NCBI RefSeq assembly: GCF_000143415.4
Contig: NW_003314343.1
Span: forward strand, 1-64,000
Source: Selaginella moellendorffii
Lineage: Eukaryota; Plantae; Lycopodiophyta
Length of the DNA: 64,000 nucleotides
Reading direction: 5' to 3'
The translations under genes were made by a program, and so were the position numbers. Positions 11,701 to 24,156 of this stretch are shown one piece after another. Within the stretch, counting starts at the first letter, position 1; every line of letters begins with the position of its first letter. The notes beneath the pieces are model-generated. The model worked only from the letters and a program-made list of their open reading frames with translations. It searched no databases and had not been told where the DNA came from.

Positions 11701-14172
11701 ACGTTTTCGGCGTTGATGAACCACATCTTTGTACCTTATCTGCATCACTTCGTGGTCGTCTATATCGACGACATCCTGATCTATAGCGAGACGCTAGAGG
11801 AGCATGCCGAACACTTGGCGAAGGTGTTTGAGAAACTAAGGGAACACAAACTGTATGCTAAAGACAGCAAATGTGACTTTGCTCAACAAGAGGTAAAGTT
11901 TCTCGGGCATGTGGTGGGCCAGGATGGGCTCAAGGTGGACCCGGAGAAGGTCCAAGCGATCCAGGAATGGGAGCGACCTTCGAATGTACATGAGTTGAGG
12001 GCGTTCTTGGGGCTATGCAACTACTATCGAAAGTTTATCAGACACTATTCGAGAGTAGCTCTGCCCTTAATGGACCAAACAGGAAAAGGGAAGATGGTAT
12101 GGACAGCGGAATGCGAGGCGGCATTCGTCCACCTCAAAGGGAAGTTGAGGAAGGCTCCGGTGTTGGCATTACCAGACTTTGGTAAGGACTTTGAGGTAGA
12201 CACAGATGCTTCGGACTTTGCGTTGGGCGCAGTTTTGAAGCAAGACAACCATCCAGTAGCGTTCTTCTCGAAGAAGCTGGACAAGGCTCAACAGAAGTGG
12301 CCTGCCCATGAGAAGGAATTGTTTGCGGTGGTCAAGGCGCTCAAGGAGTGGCGACACTACCTTGGGAGACACTTCAAGGTTTACACGGATAATGTGGCAA
12401 CGAAACACTTCTTGTCACAACCCGACCTGAGAGGGAAACAAGGTTGGTGGGCCAATGCCTTGGCCAAGTTTGATTGCGAGATTCTGTACAAGCCTAGGAA
12501 GAGCAACATCGTGGCAGATGCGCTAAGTCGAAAAGCAAGCTTGAGGTTGGTGATCTCCAGCGCAACAGCAACCTTCTGGGACGATGTGCGGACAGCATAT
12601 GAGAACGATGGTCTAGCACAAGAAGTGTTGTTGAGGAATCTGGAGGCGCGGGAAGCTCACCAGAGAGCTGAGCTGCCGACGGAAGAGAAAACGGGCTATG
12701 CGGAACGCAACGGACTCATATATTACAAGCAAACGAGGGTGTATGTTCCAGAAGGGGAACTAAGGAAGGTAGCCTTGGAAGAGTGTCATGACGGACCTCT
12801 CGCGGGACACGGCGGAGTGCCTAAGACGATGGGCTTACTCAAAAGGAAGTATCATTGGCCAGATATGGCTAAGGACGTCCAAGACTATGTAAAGACATAT
12901 CCAACATGTCAGCAAGTCAAAGCCGTGACGAAGGCTAGTGGGGGCTTGTTGCAAAGCATCCCCGTTCCAGATCGTCCGTGGAAATGTCTCACGATGGACT
13001 TCATCACGGGACTACCCCCAAGCGAGGGGTTCGATGCGATATTTGTGGTGGTGGACCGATTTTCAAAAATGGCACATTTCATACCCACCACAACGGAAGT
13101 GGATGGGGAAGGTGTGGCGAAGCTGTTCTTCGAACAAGTGGTTCGAGTGCGGGGAAGGCCGGAAGAGATTATCTCAGATCGAGATAAGATCTTCACCAGT
13201 AGGTTCTGGAGGACACTCCTAGAACAGTATCGCACCAAGTTGAAATTCAGCACAGCCTATCACCCACAGACAGGTAATGGGTATTAAGTCAAGATTGATG
13301 GCACTAACACTTCTTGACAGACGGACAAACGGAAAGGGTGAATAGGCAGCTGGAGGATTATTTGCGATGCTATGTCTCGGGAGAGCAGACCGACTGGGTA
13401 AGTCATTTGGGACTTGCGGAAATGTGTTACAACAACTCACCACATTCGAGCATCGGGGTGAGTCCATGGGAAGTCATCAATGGGCGAGCTATTGAAGGTC
13501 CTGTGGAACTCGGCGTGGCCGAGTATCATGGAGAGTTACCCGCAGTGGAGGCATTCACGGCGGAAAGACTCAACATTTGGAATCTAGTGAGGGATTCCTT
13601 GGAACGGGCTCAACAAAGGCAAACTAAGTACGCGAACCAAAAGCGTCGGGATGTGGAGTTCCAAGCTGGGGAAAAGGTGTGGCTGAACACCAAGAACCTT
13701 AGGCTACCAAGTGGGATCAGCCGGAAGTTGACCCAAAGGTAAAAATGCATGTATTCCTGTAAATGAATTGATCTTGAGTTCCTTAAGCAGGTTCGCGGGG
13801 CCTTACGAGATTGAGGCTCGAATCGGTAAAGTGGCTTACCATCTCTGACTTCCTCGAGAGATGGGGAAGATGCATCCCGTGTTCCACATGAACTTACTCA
13901 AGCTGTATTTTGAGGATCCGCTTCGCAAGGACCAAGTAAGACCTTTACCTGATGTTATCCAAGGGGAGGAGGAATACGAAGTCGAGGCCATCCTCAATGC
14001 GCGCAAGAGCAAGCGACAAGGACGCGAGGTGAGAGAGTTCCATGTGAAGTGGAAAGGATTTCCACACTACGAAGCAACATGGGAACCGGAGGAGAACCTA
14101 GCGAACGCGCGAGATCTAGTGGAGGAATTTTTGCATGGCAGAACTCTATGTACTTATGCAAAGTTCAATTAA
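8746..14172 (+). pseudogene. Single-frame gag-pol (gag, CCHC knuckle, aspartic protease, RT, RNase H, integrase, chromodomain) with a 654-bp duplication, 3 stops and two putative introns (13274-13320, 13739-13790)
   Basis: [73 protein letters not shown]; 8746 and 11089 are in the same frame. Confidence 0.93.
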
Positions 14173-14576
14173 AAGTATCAATTTGAGAAGTTGAGCAATG
14201 GCATATGTTGGGACCTGAAGGCGCGCCGAAGGTAAGCTAATTAGCATGGGTTAGCTAGGTCAACCAGGCGTAGGGAGCTACGCCCGACTCCCTGCGGGGA
14301 TGTCGAATCCGTAGACATATTCTATGGAGGTTGGGTTCGAGTCCCAACCCCCTAGTAAAGCAAGGCTGGGTTCAAGTCCCGACCCTATACTAGGGCGTGA
14401 TAAGGTGGGGAGTATAGGGACACCTATATTCCGTTGTCATGAGCTCTTGGCAGGGGAGGCTAACTTAGGCACACCGCTAACTGGGGGGATGCCCCCGGAG
14501 ACATGGTCAACAAGTCGTAGGATCAAAAGAGAGACGTTCGATGTGGGTATCGAACTTCTTCTATGGGTGGTAGAGT

Positions 14577-15733
14577 TGTAAGGAACCAACTCGCCGAGGT
14601 ATCGTAGGCTAAAGGAACCCCGAAAGCATGACCAAAATGACAAAGAGTTCATCGGATGGGACCAAGTCGAAGATCGAGTCCAAGACCGACTCTAGGACCG
14701 AGTTCGAGATAGAGTCCGGAATCGAGTCCGAGACCGACTCGGGGACCGAGTTCGAGTCCGAGTTCGAGACCGAGTTCGAGACGGAGCCCGAGATCCGAAA
14801 TCGGGTCCGAGACCGAGTCCGAGGTCGAGTCCGAGGTCGGGTCCGAGATCGGGTCCGAGATCGAGTCTGAGATCAAGTCCGAGACCGAATCCGAAGTCGG
14901 ATCCGAAATCGGGTCCGAGATCGAGCCAGAGACTAAGTCCAAATACTAATACGGGTCAAGGGGTGAAAGCCCAAAGCGTGCGTCTCCCAGGGGGGGGGGG
15001 CTGCAAGGGGTTCCAAAAGTATAGTAGGGATAGTGAGGTCCAGGAACCAGTTTTGAAGGGACTCTCCAGTTGGGCTTCCAAACTGACTTGAGGTTGAGAC
15101 TGGGACCGAGGGGCCTTGGGTGGGAGTGAGCATAGACTTGGCTGGTGCCGGAGGGGCCATCCAAGGAAGTGCTCAAGAGCAGCTCCCACTCCCGAAAGGG
15201 AAACCGATTGCGGTGCTCCCGGCTCATGTGGAGTGGTGCCCCACTTGAGTACCATGCGGCTCATTGGTCCTCGCCCTTCCTAGGGGCTTGGGCCTTCCTT
15301 CGGGATGGAAGTGGGGGGGTAGAGGTACCCATACCGGGCCGCTAGGCCACAGTGTTTCGCCCCGGCATCCCAAAACAAGTGTTGCACTCAAGATTTGGGA
15401 TTTAGAGGGTCCCATGATCAAGTCTTGTGGTACCCAAGGATGTTAGGAACCTGGAAGCTTGGTGTGCTTGGTTGCTTGTGCTTGCGGGGAGTGTAGCCGA
15501 ACCTTAAATTCAGTCTAACCCGGGGAGGGGGATTGGGAGAGATTGGGAATCTGTGGATGGATGGCTAACGCTCCGTTGCTCGTGCAATGAGTAGCTGAAA
15601 CCAAGTAGAACCAAGTAGGAGTTGGTACCATAGGCGAGAACCTTGGCGAGGGAACTTAGCAAAAGCCAAGGCAGTGTCGGACGGATAGACGAGGTAAGCT
15701 GGCAAATGGGAAAGGAAAAATTTGTGGCTTACA
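14577..15733 (+). repeat. 3' LTR (1157 bp), preceded by a purine-rich tract GGGTGGTAGAG
   Basis: Same termini and sequence as the 5' LTR; length difference lies mainly in the hexamer array. Confidence 0.96.
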
Positions 15734-16045
15734 CCATGTCCCTATAATGAGTAACTTTAAGCTAGGGACTGGATCATGTACCTTAGTTTGGTTTTTGCTC
15801 GACTTCATGGCCATATTGACTATGGCCTTTTTTGGGTAGGGACATTGTCTTAAAAAGTGTCCTGCTTCATTGTAATTAAAGCATATGTTGTTTCCCACGC
15901 TACTAGCTGATTTGACCTTCTTATCCATGGGTTTTTCCTTTTTGCCTAACTCTCCCACATATTTGCTCGTTGGCCACTGGATCTACCTTTCCAAAACCCT
16001 GAAGACTCATTCTTAGAGAAACTCTTCTTGAATTTCCCTTTGCAA
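15734..16045 (-). mobile_element. gag end/zinc-knuckle portion of the older interrupted gypsy copy
   Basis: KKVKSASSVGNNICFNYNEAGHFLRQCPYPKK, homologous to 9800-9990. Confidence 0.88.
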
Positions 16046-16059
16046 GAATGCATTGTAAC

Positions 16060-16400
16060 TTCTCAACCTGCTTCTCCGCTTGCTACTTGCATTGCTAGCA
16101 TATCGGGCAAGCACGAACATAGTCTGTAACATCACCTTCCATACAAGACCAAAAGAACCCCTTTTGTAACGAGGCAAGAGTCTTTCACTTGCCTCCATGC
16201 CCAATTGCTAGTACATCATGATGTTCCCACAGAAATATCCATTACAAATCCTTTGTGGGTAAATACAACCTCTCTTGTTTATAATATATAAGCCCATCTT
16301 TGACTGAGAAATAAAACTTTGCATTAGCATAATGTGCAACTTTTGTTGTATCACTACCATGAGTCTTCTTCACCAATTCCATATGTTCTCTTCACAGCCT
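16060..16400 (-). pseudogene. Gypsy integrase Zn-binding (HHCC) fragment of a different family
   Basis: Minus-strand reading DGLIYYKQERLYLP..EHHDVLAIGHGG..FFW..DVTDYVRACPIC with stops. Confidence 0.7.
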
Positions 16401-16669
16401 GCAAATCATCCTTGTAAGATGTTTAGATATCTTCCAACCAATCCAAGGTTACAGTTGAGATTGCCTGAAACTGCAAATGAAAGCTCAAGATTGTGAGCTT
16501 GATGCGACAGCCTCTAGAAGCTTTGATGTAAGTGCCACTTCAAAGATTGTCTTCTTTGCTAATGTTGCTTCTCTATGAGGGCCAGGAAGCTGCAAGTGTT
16601 GGGTTGTAGACCGTGGCACACCATGGTGTGCAGCAGCTAGCATGAATCACTAGTGTGGTTTAGGGAGTT

Positions 16670-16830
16670 TGTGTTGGGCCATGGCTATGCTCCGGTGACA
16701 ATGTCAGCTTTGGGCAAGGTGGCAAACAATGCATTGATGTGCTCCACACTCCCTACTTGCACATACCCCACCAGCAATGCATTCCATGACACGAGTGAAT
16801 CAATTGGAAAGATCAGGCTATTGAGTTGGT
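16670..16830 (-). pseudogene. PPR (PLS-class) gene fragment
   Basis: Minus-strand reading LVSWNALLVGYVQVGSVE..LFATLPKADIV then a stop. Confidence 0.55.
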
Positions 16831-19800
16831 GTTGCTCTAGTAATGCAGATTTCTAAGATGGAAATTGAGCTTCTTATTTATTTCTATTTTAGTAAATATT
16901 TTATAATTATTTAATACTAAAAAGTAGTGTTTGTTTGTAATTCAAATATGTATAGTATATGACCGAGATGAGAATACATTATATATAATATACTTTTATA
17001 GTTTATCAAAAGACTACTTTAAGGGGGCCAATGGGTTTCTTATGGGTCATATAGTTGTTGTTATAGTTAAAACTTAGAGCATACAAAAACTAAGAATTTT
17101 AATTTTTATAACTAAAAGTATAAGTTCTAATTATAAAATAATTTATAAAAATAAAATATGACCCATAATTAATAGCAAATAAATGTTTAACAAAATTAAA
17201 GACATTTGACACTCATAGCATACGTTAATGATTTATTTATTTATAAGTAAGTTGATACACCACATTATAATCGTAATTTGTAATGAACTTATCAAAGATA
17301 TATACCAATCACCTCAAATGAAACCAAATAAAAACACACTAATTTTTTTAAAGCGCTATGTTAAATATCTTAATATAAAAATTATAAAACATAATGTAAT
17401 TTTTATGTATTGTTTTGATAATATAACATTTTAGAATATGAAAACCCCATAAATATCTCTTTTCCTTTACCCACATCTTTAATAAGTTCTTTAATAGTTG
17501 GTATAATTGTGTTTTGTCTAAACTCAATTGTAAAAACCCCTTCATAATACTTATCAATACAAAAATAATAATTTATAATTATAATTAATACAAATAATAA
17601 ATAAAATAATCTTAAAATGCTTTAGTTTCTATTATGGCAACATGGTTGAACAGGACTGGCATTTGGAATTTTATTCCTTCAATCCCTTGCTATGACAGGT
17701 GGCTATATAGAATAAAGAAAACTGGTCAATGTAAGAAATACATCTTATTCTTGCTTGTTAGCACAAAACGTAACAAGGTTCTTATTTTTGGAATGATGCT
17801 CAGCGACAGCTTCCTTGTAAAGATAATAATCCCATTATAAGACCACAACCCATCAACAAAATTCAATAGCTCTAACATGTGACCCTGCTACTCTCTTCCT
17901 CCTTTTTCTTGTCTTTCTTCTCATACTCCCCATCTTTGTCTTTGGTTTCTTCCTCTGGTGCTAGTTTCCCCCTCTTAAGTGGCTTCCTCAAGTCAGAATT
18001 GCTCTTCACCTCTGTCAGCTCCATATCATAGACATCAAGTTTGCTATAGCAGCTATGAGTGATGACTTCCCAGCCCATATTCAAGTTCCTTGAGATCAAA
18101 CCAAGCTCATGGGGTTTCTTCACAACAAACAGTAGCGATTTAGAACAATAATTCATTCCCTGAGGTAAATTATCATCCTCCAAAAGCTTTGGTGACTGGA
18201 ACTCATAGAGCTTTGGGATTCTTTCTGGCAAGCTTCCTTGCTGTTTCTTGATCTTTTGATTCAAGGTAGTAGTGGGGAACAAGAAAGTGCCAGATCTTTC
18301 AGATCAATCCCAGCCATGAAAGAATCTAGGTCCTAAATAACCTTGTTCTTGAACCTGGGATCCAGCTTGAGAAAGTGAAGGCATGCTTGAAAGCCATTGA
18401 CTTCTATATATTGTTCCTGTAAACCCACTCATCTTGTTGTACACTTTAATATAAACTTAAAAAGATAATAAATATTTAGAAAAAGATTTATTTACATCAC
18501 TGTATCAATTATTTTTAAATATTAAATAATATTACAATAAATATTATATCTTATATATAGAAGTTCTATATGCTTAAATTAATAAAATTTTGATATTCAC
18601 ATCCAATATTTTAATTTATTCCAATAAGTATTTAAAATATTAATGAGTTTTGAAATATGCTAATAGTTATAGTATTAAATAAATTATAAGTTACTATTTA
18701 CCCAGTACTAATTCAATATTGTATTATTTTTTAGTTTAGATCTCATATTACCCATGTATCTTTCCAATATAAATTGTAATACCATATAACATTGTAATTT
18801 TTTTCATTAATTACAAGATTATCATCCTTTCACATACGAATGAAGACATTCAGTAACCTTCCTTGATATTTCAGTTTTCCCATATCAAAACCTTTCCAGA
18901 ATAAAGAACTAAAGTACAGTCTAATTGCATATATAAAGTATATATTTGATTTGGTATCTCATTTCTTAAGTCAAGAAAAATATAAAAAATTTGGTCCACT
19001 TTTTATGTAGGTTTTATAAATTAAAAAATATTTCCTTTTATCTAACAAATATATAAAAAAAATTGTTGGTTTAATACATATTCAATATCATTATCTATTA
19101 TATATGATATAGAGTATCTACCTTCTATATATTCTACTGATCCATATGTTACTAGATCATTTTCAACATGGAGTTCAAGCATTAATTAAGCTTCTCTTTG
19201 GAGTGACTTACCTGTATTTGATAAAATAAGAAAGTAATTGTATTACAATATGTTATAAAATATTTTTGTGAATATTAAGAAAAATAGTATGATATTCTAG
19301 AATATAAAAACCCCATAAATTCCTCTTTACTTTTATCTATAATAAGTTAATTAATAATTGGTATATTTGTGTTTTGTCTAAACTCAATTTTAATGACCGG
19401 GCTATATCAAATGGATTAAATAAAATTATACAAAGAGATGTGATAATTTTAATTTTAACAGTAAGCACTCTTAATATCCAAAATCTACAAAATACCTTTA
19501 TGTTACTTTAACTATTACTAATGTTATGGTAATCTAACTTTTAATCTTCAATCCAATTAAGGGAGCTAGTCAATCACATGGCTCATTTGTCAACTTAATT
19601 CTGGAATGGAGGTAGATAAGGAGCTCAAGTTCCAATCATTCACACTAGCAAGGAGAAACAAAATTCAAAGCATTTTTTGATTTGATTAGATTCTGGTCAA
19701 GGCACCAAAATATAAGCAAGACTGCATTTGTACCTTCTTACTGAGACTGTCAGTCAATGTGACACTTGAGAAGAAAAGTACATACATAGCCCAAGAAAAA

Positions 19801-19964
19801 CAAAACCTTTGTGGAAAAACTTCTACCCGTCATCGACCTGTTGTGAATGATGTTAAACTTGCATAGCAGACAATTCTCAACCACTTGTCTATGCAAGAAC
19901 AGTGGAAGTGGTGATTGCATGGTGGTCCATGGAAAATAATAAAAGTTTTTTCTGATATGAAGCC

Positions 19965-21197
19965 TTACCGCATCTTCCGAAGAGAACTCGCTCACGACGT
20001 CTTGATGATGATCAGCACGGTCTTTTTCGGCGATGGAGCCAGCTGCGTCATCATCGCTCCATTATATATACTCATCGTTCTGGATCCTCCAGGCCAGAGG
20101 CTTGCACGAAACCATTTGCTCAAACGTTTTCTTCTTCACACAGTTTCAGCAGAAAGGCTTCCACTGTCGTGCCTAGTCCAAACGCTACAAGAGCTCCACA
20201 CTGGCATGGATCTCCGCCACCTTTTGCCGCTCGTCTTCAAGCACAAAGAGACACGCCGTGCACGACATGTTTCCACACGTGTCAAGAACGTGTCAAGTTT
20301 GAGCTCCAAAGCTTGATCCGAACTCGAGACAGGCATCCAACAAAGTTGTGAAAGCTAAACAATGGACATATCAATTATAACAATTAGGGAACCATAATAG
20401 ACAGCGATATTCGTGGATATGGCTCGAGGTACGAGAGATCTACGCACCTTCGCAGCAAAGAACTCCTCACCGACTGGAAGCTGTGAGCCAGGCGATTGCG
20501 GTGGTGCCTCACACCAATCTCTCGCGGATCGTCCAGCTCGCGACATATCAGCATTCCCACCTCACCAGCTCGGTCCGCCATCTCCGCCAAGAGCAGCAGT
20601 TCATTGTCGAGGTTGATCGCCCAAGAGCAGTAGCTGGATCATCGTGTCGCGCAGCCGATCGCCCAAGAGCTCCTGAAAGACGAGATCTTTCCACTGGGAG
20701 AGGAGTCCATTGCCATCGCCATCGCTGGAAGGATCGAGCTTGAGGTAGAGCCTGGAGCACGGCACAGCGATGGTAGCGCACGCGAGGGAGTGGTAGTGTG
20801 GCGGCGGCGACGGTGGCCGCGATTGATCGAGTGGCACCGCCGAGGGAGAAAACGATCGATCGAGGAGTGCCAGGGATTAGGAGATCTAGGAGCCGCGGAT
20901 GCGGCGGAAGAGGAGGAAGGCCTTCGAGAGATGGAATGTGAGATGCGTCTTGATCTCCGCCACCGCGGATGCCAGCGCCATGGTGATGGGCTTGAAGAGT
21001 GCACGATCGTCCAGGCGGAGGAGGGAGTAGAGCTCGCGCTGGAAACCTGGAAGTGATCGAAGAGGGATTGTGACGAGCTGCTCGGCTTCCTCGTCCCGGG
21101 GGTTCTCCTCGGCGATTGTGATGCTGTAGCCCAGCTCCATGGGCTGCCAGATGTCCTCTTCCGCTCCTACAATGATGCCAGGAATCTTCATTTCCAA
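19965..21197 (-). pseudogene. Disrupted coding-like sequence of unknown family
   Basis: GC-rich island with ATG at 21197 and broken ORFs (20886-21197, 20601-20837); no recognisable motif. Confidence 0.3.
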
Positions 21198-21537
21198 GGG
21201 TCAACTAAACAGTTAAAAAGCAACGAACATTCTAACTAATAAGCTATACTTTAATATTTTAATATAAATTAAAATAAATTGCTGCGTGTTGCATTGCAGC
21301 AATGTTTAGTTCGCTTTTGTATTTAAATATTTTCTATTATTATATATAATTTATTGTGATTTGTCCAATAGCTATACCTGCTTTTGTATATATTATATCT
21401 TTGATCCATATATGATCTATTATTTTTTATAGTGTGTGTTGTCTGCTATTATTTGTTTATAACCTTCTTTCTCCATTATTATTTTTAATGGGTTTACTTC
21501 TTCACTGTGATAGTCTATCAAAGGGGACGACTGAGAA

Positions 21538-24156
21538 ATGGCGGCTGCATCGGCGCCCCATTCGAATTCCCGACTGGGCATTGTCGAGGACATGGCGAAG
21601 CTGGGCGTCTCATTAGGCTTGAAAGCTAGGCTTTGCATCCGGCAGTGCACCCTCCTGAGCAAGGCGATGGTGGAGGTGAGTGATCTGGTGAGGGAATGTG
21701 TGCTCTTCATCACTGCAGCCATTGAGGAGGAGCTGCTTGCCGCGATGAGAAACGGGGTGGAGCTCATCCGATCTTGCAAGACAAAAGGGACCTGGTGGAG
21801 AGGGCGGATCTCTGTGGGTTGGGTCATCACAGCTCTGCTTCATGAGGAGAGACGGTCAGAGTTTGTGGAGGCTTACGACGCACTGCTGGAAGCTGCTCGA
21901 ATCGCAATCTCCCCCTCTGTGGCAAAGCACGGTTACACCTCATCAAGTGCGAAGATCATCATCGGGCGACTGATGTCTGCTCAAGAATTGCTGAGCAACG
22001 AGGCGGACGCAGACAGAGATGAGCTCGTGAGATTGATACGTGACAGTTTGATTCTTCCCAGAGGACTGAAGCTCCTACGCAGCAGGCTAGTCGGTGCTTA
22101 CCCTCAAAACCATCTGCTGGCTAGTGAAGACATCGAACGGGGTCAGGTGCTTGGCCAGGGTGCCTACGGCTGTGTTTACGAAGCCAAGTTTCTTGGAATC
22201 CCGTGTGCTGCTGTCAAGGATATCATTGTCGCCAGAAGCCCCGGATCGGTTCACGATCAGGATCATCTTCCATTCGAGATCCAGGCTCATCTCACTGTGA
22301 AGCATTCAAGCATCGTTAGCGTTCTGGGATATTACAGTACCACTCGCAGCAGCAGATCCTCAGGCAAGCATCAGCAGCAGCAGCAGATCTATTCGCTGCT
22401 GATGGAGAGGATGGATAGGAACTTGACCGAGCTCATAGAAGAAGAAACCAAAACGTTGAACTCGTCGTCCACATCAACGTCGTCGACGACGACCCCGCCA
22501 TTTGCAATGCGAGAATCACTGTCCATCATGCTGCAAGTCGCCGCCGCTATGGAGCTCCTGCACTCCAAAGACATGATTCACAGAGATCTCAAGACGGACA
22601 ACATACTCGTACGCCAGCACCGGGACATCGTCCGGGTGAAGGTTGCCGACCTAGGGCTGGCCTGCGTCCACCTTGGAGGCCTCCACACCGACAGGCGTGG
22701 TACCAAGAACTTCATGGCACCTGAAGTGTACGCGTCCGAGACGTACTCGAAGAAGGCGGACGTCTACAGCTTCGCCATGGTGTGCTATCACGTACTCACC
22801 GGAACGCTGCCGTTCGCGGACGTCCTACGCAAACCCATGCACGAGTTCTTCGCCATGGTTTCTAAAGAAAAGAGGCGGCCTGTGATTCCCGGGAACTGGC
22901 CGATCGACTTGGTGGAGCTTGTGACGTCCTGTTGGAGGCATGAGCCGGAAGAACGTCCGACGTTCGCCATGGTTACGGAGAGATTGAAGCTGATACGTGC
23001 GTCCGTGGCTACCAACATCAGCGTCGAGGAGGTAACGCTGTTCTTGAAGCAGGAGGAAGAAGTTTTTCCTTTTGTGGAGGAAAACGTTTTGCCAGCGAAT
23101 ACAACAGCTTCGTTGGCCCAGTCTGATCATCAATCGAGTTTCGTGGATGACATTATCACCCGGCTGATCGAGGTTCGCAATGGCCGCCCCGCATGCCAGG
23201 TGCAGTTAGCTGAGTCCGAGATCCGGAAGCTTTGCCTATGTGCGAAGGAGATTTTCCTGTCGCAGCCGAACTTGCTCGAGCTGGAAGGGCCAGTCACGAT
23301 TTGCGGTGCGGTTTAAGGCTTTGATTTATCTTCTGATTTTGGAAATTTTGTTTTTCTTGTGTAGGTGATATTCATGGGCAGTATTGGGATTTACTCACAA
23401 TCTTTCAGGATGGCGGGTTTCCTCCACTGACGAATTATCTCTTCCTCGGTAACTATGTTGATCTTGGCAAGCAGAGCATCGAGACGATCTGCTTACTCCT
23501 TGCTTACAAGATCAAGTATCCAGAACTGTTCTTCTTACTTCGGGGAAGCCATGAATGCGCATCCGTGAACAGAATCTTTGGCTTCTACGACGAGTGTAAG
23601 AGGAGATACAACGTTCGATTGTGGTTGACGTTTACAGACTGTTTCAGCACCTTACCATTCTGCGCCCTGATCGACGATAAAGTCCTCTGCATGCACGGGG
23701 GACTGTCGCCGGACCTGAAATCTCTGGATATGATCAGGGAAATCGCTCGACCGACTGATATTCCGGATGCTGGACTAGTTTGTGATCTTGTCTGGGCTGA
23801 TCCTGATAAGGAAATCAGAGGATGGGGTATGAACAATGAGCATAGTTACAGATTTGGAGCTGATGTAGTTGCGGAGTTTTTACAAAAGCACGACTTGGAT
23901 CTCATCTGCCGAGCTCATCAGGTACGTAGAAACACCAGCCGGATTCGAAGCTGCTGATTGAATCTCTATTTTTTTTTGTTCCTGACTTGATATTCTTCAG
24001 GTTGTGGAGGATGGATATGAGTTTTTTGCAAGTCGGGGGCTTGTGACATTGTTCTCGGCCCCAAAGTTTGCCGGCAATGCTGGGGCCGTGATGTGTGTGG
24101 ATGAGCAACTCATATGCAGCTTTAAGATTTTTAAGCACGGAAAAACACGGGTATGA
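21538..24156 (+). CDS. Fusion protein (~826 aa): MLKL/MCAfunc-like helical N-domain + TKL/Raf-like protein kinase + degenerate PP1 phosphatase domain; exons 21538-23305, 23365-23921, 24001-24156
   Basis: Kinase [32 protein letters not shown]1 [35 protein letters not shown] introns of 59 and 79 nt keep frame (2481 nt); no stops. Confidence 0.9.

Larger units (their letters stand above)
7560..15733 (+). mobile_element. Full-length chromodomain-bearing Ty3/gypsy LTR retrotransposon with 5-bp TSD CCATG
   Basis: TG..CA LTRs 7560-8686 and 14577-15733; CCATG at 7555-7559 and 15734-15738; PBS; gag-PR-RT-RH-INT-chromo order. Confidence 0.97.

Noticed and set aside
14329-14384. tRNA genes
   Set aside because: Only T-arm-like hairpins; no D arm, anticodon arm or acceptor stem
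17872-18282. Possible LRR gene remnant (SLPERIPKL, NLPQGM)
   Set aside because: Two weak motifs only; no sustained LRR periodicity
17430-19390. ~100-bp AT-rich dispersed repeat (17432-17529 vs 19298-19389)
   Set aside because: Real similarity but no TIR/TSD or other structure to classify it
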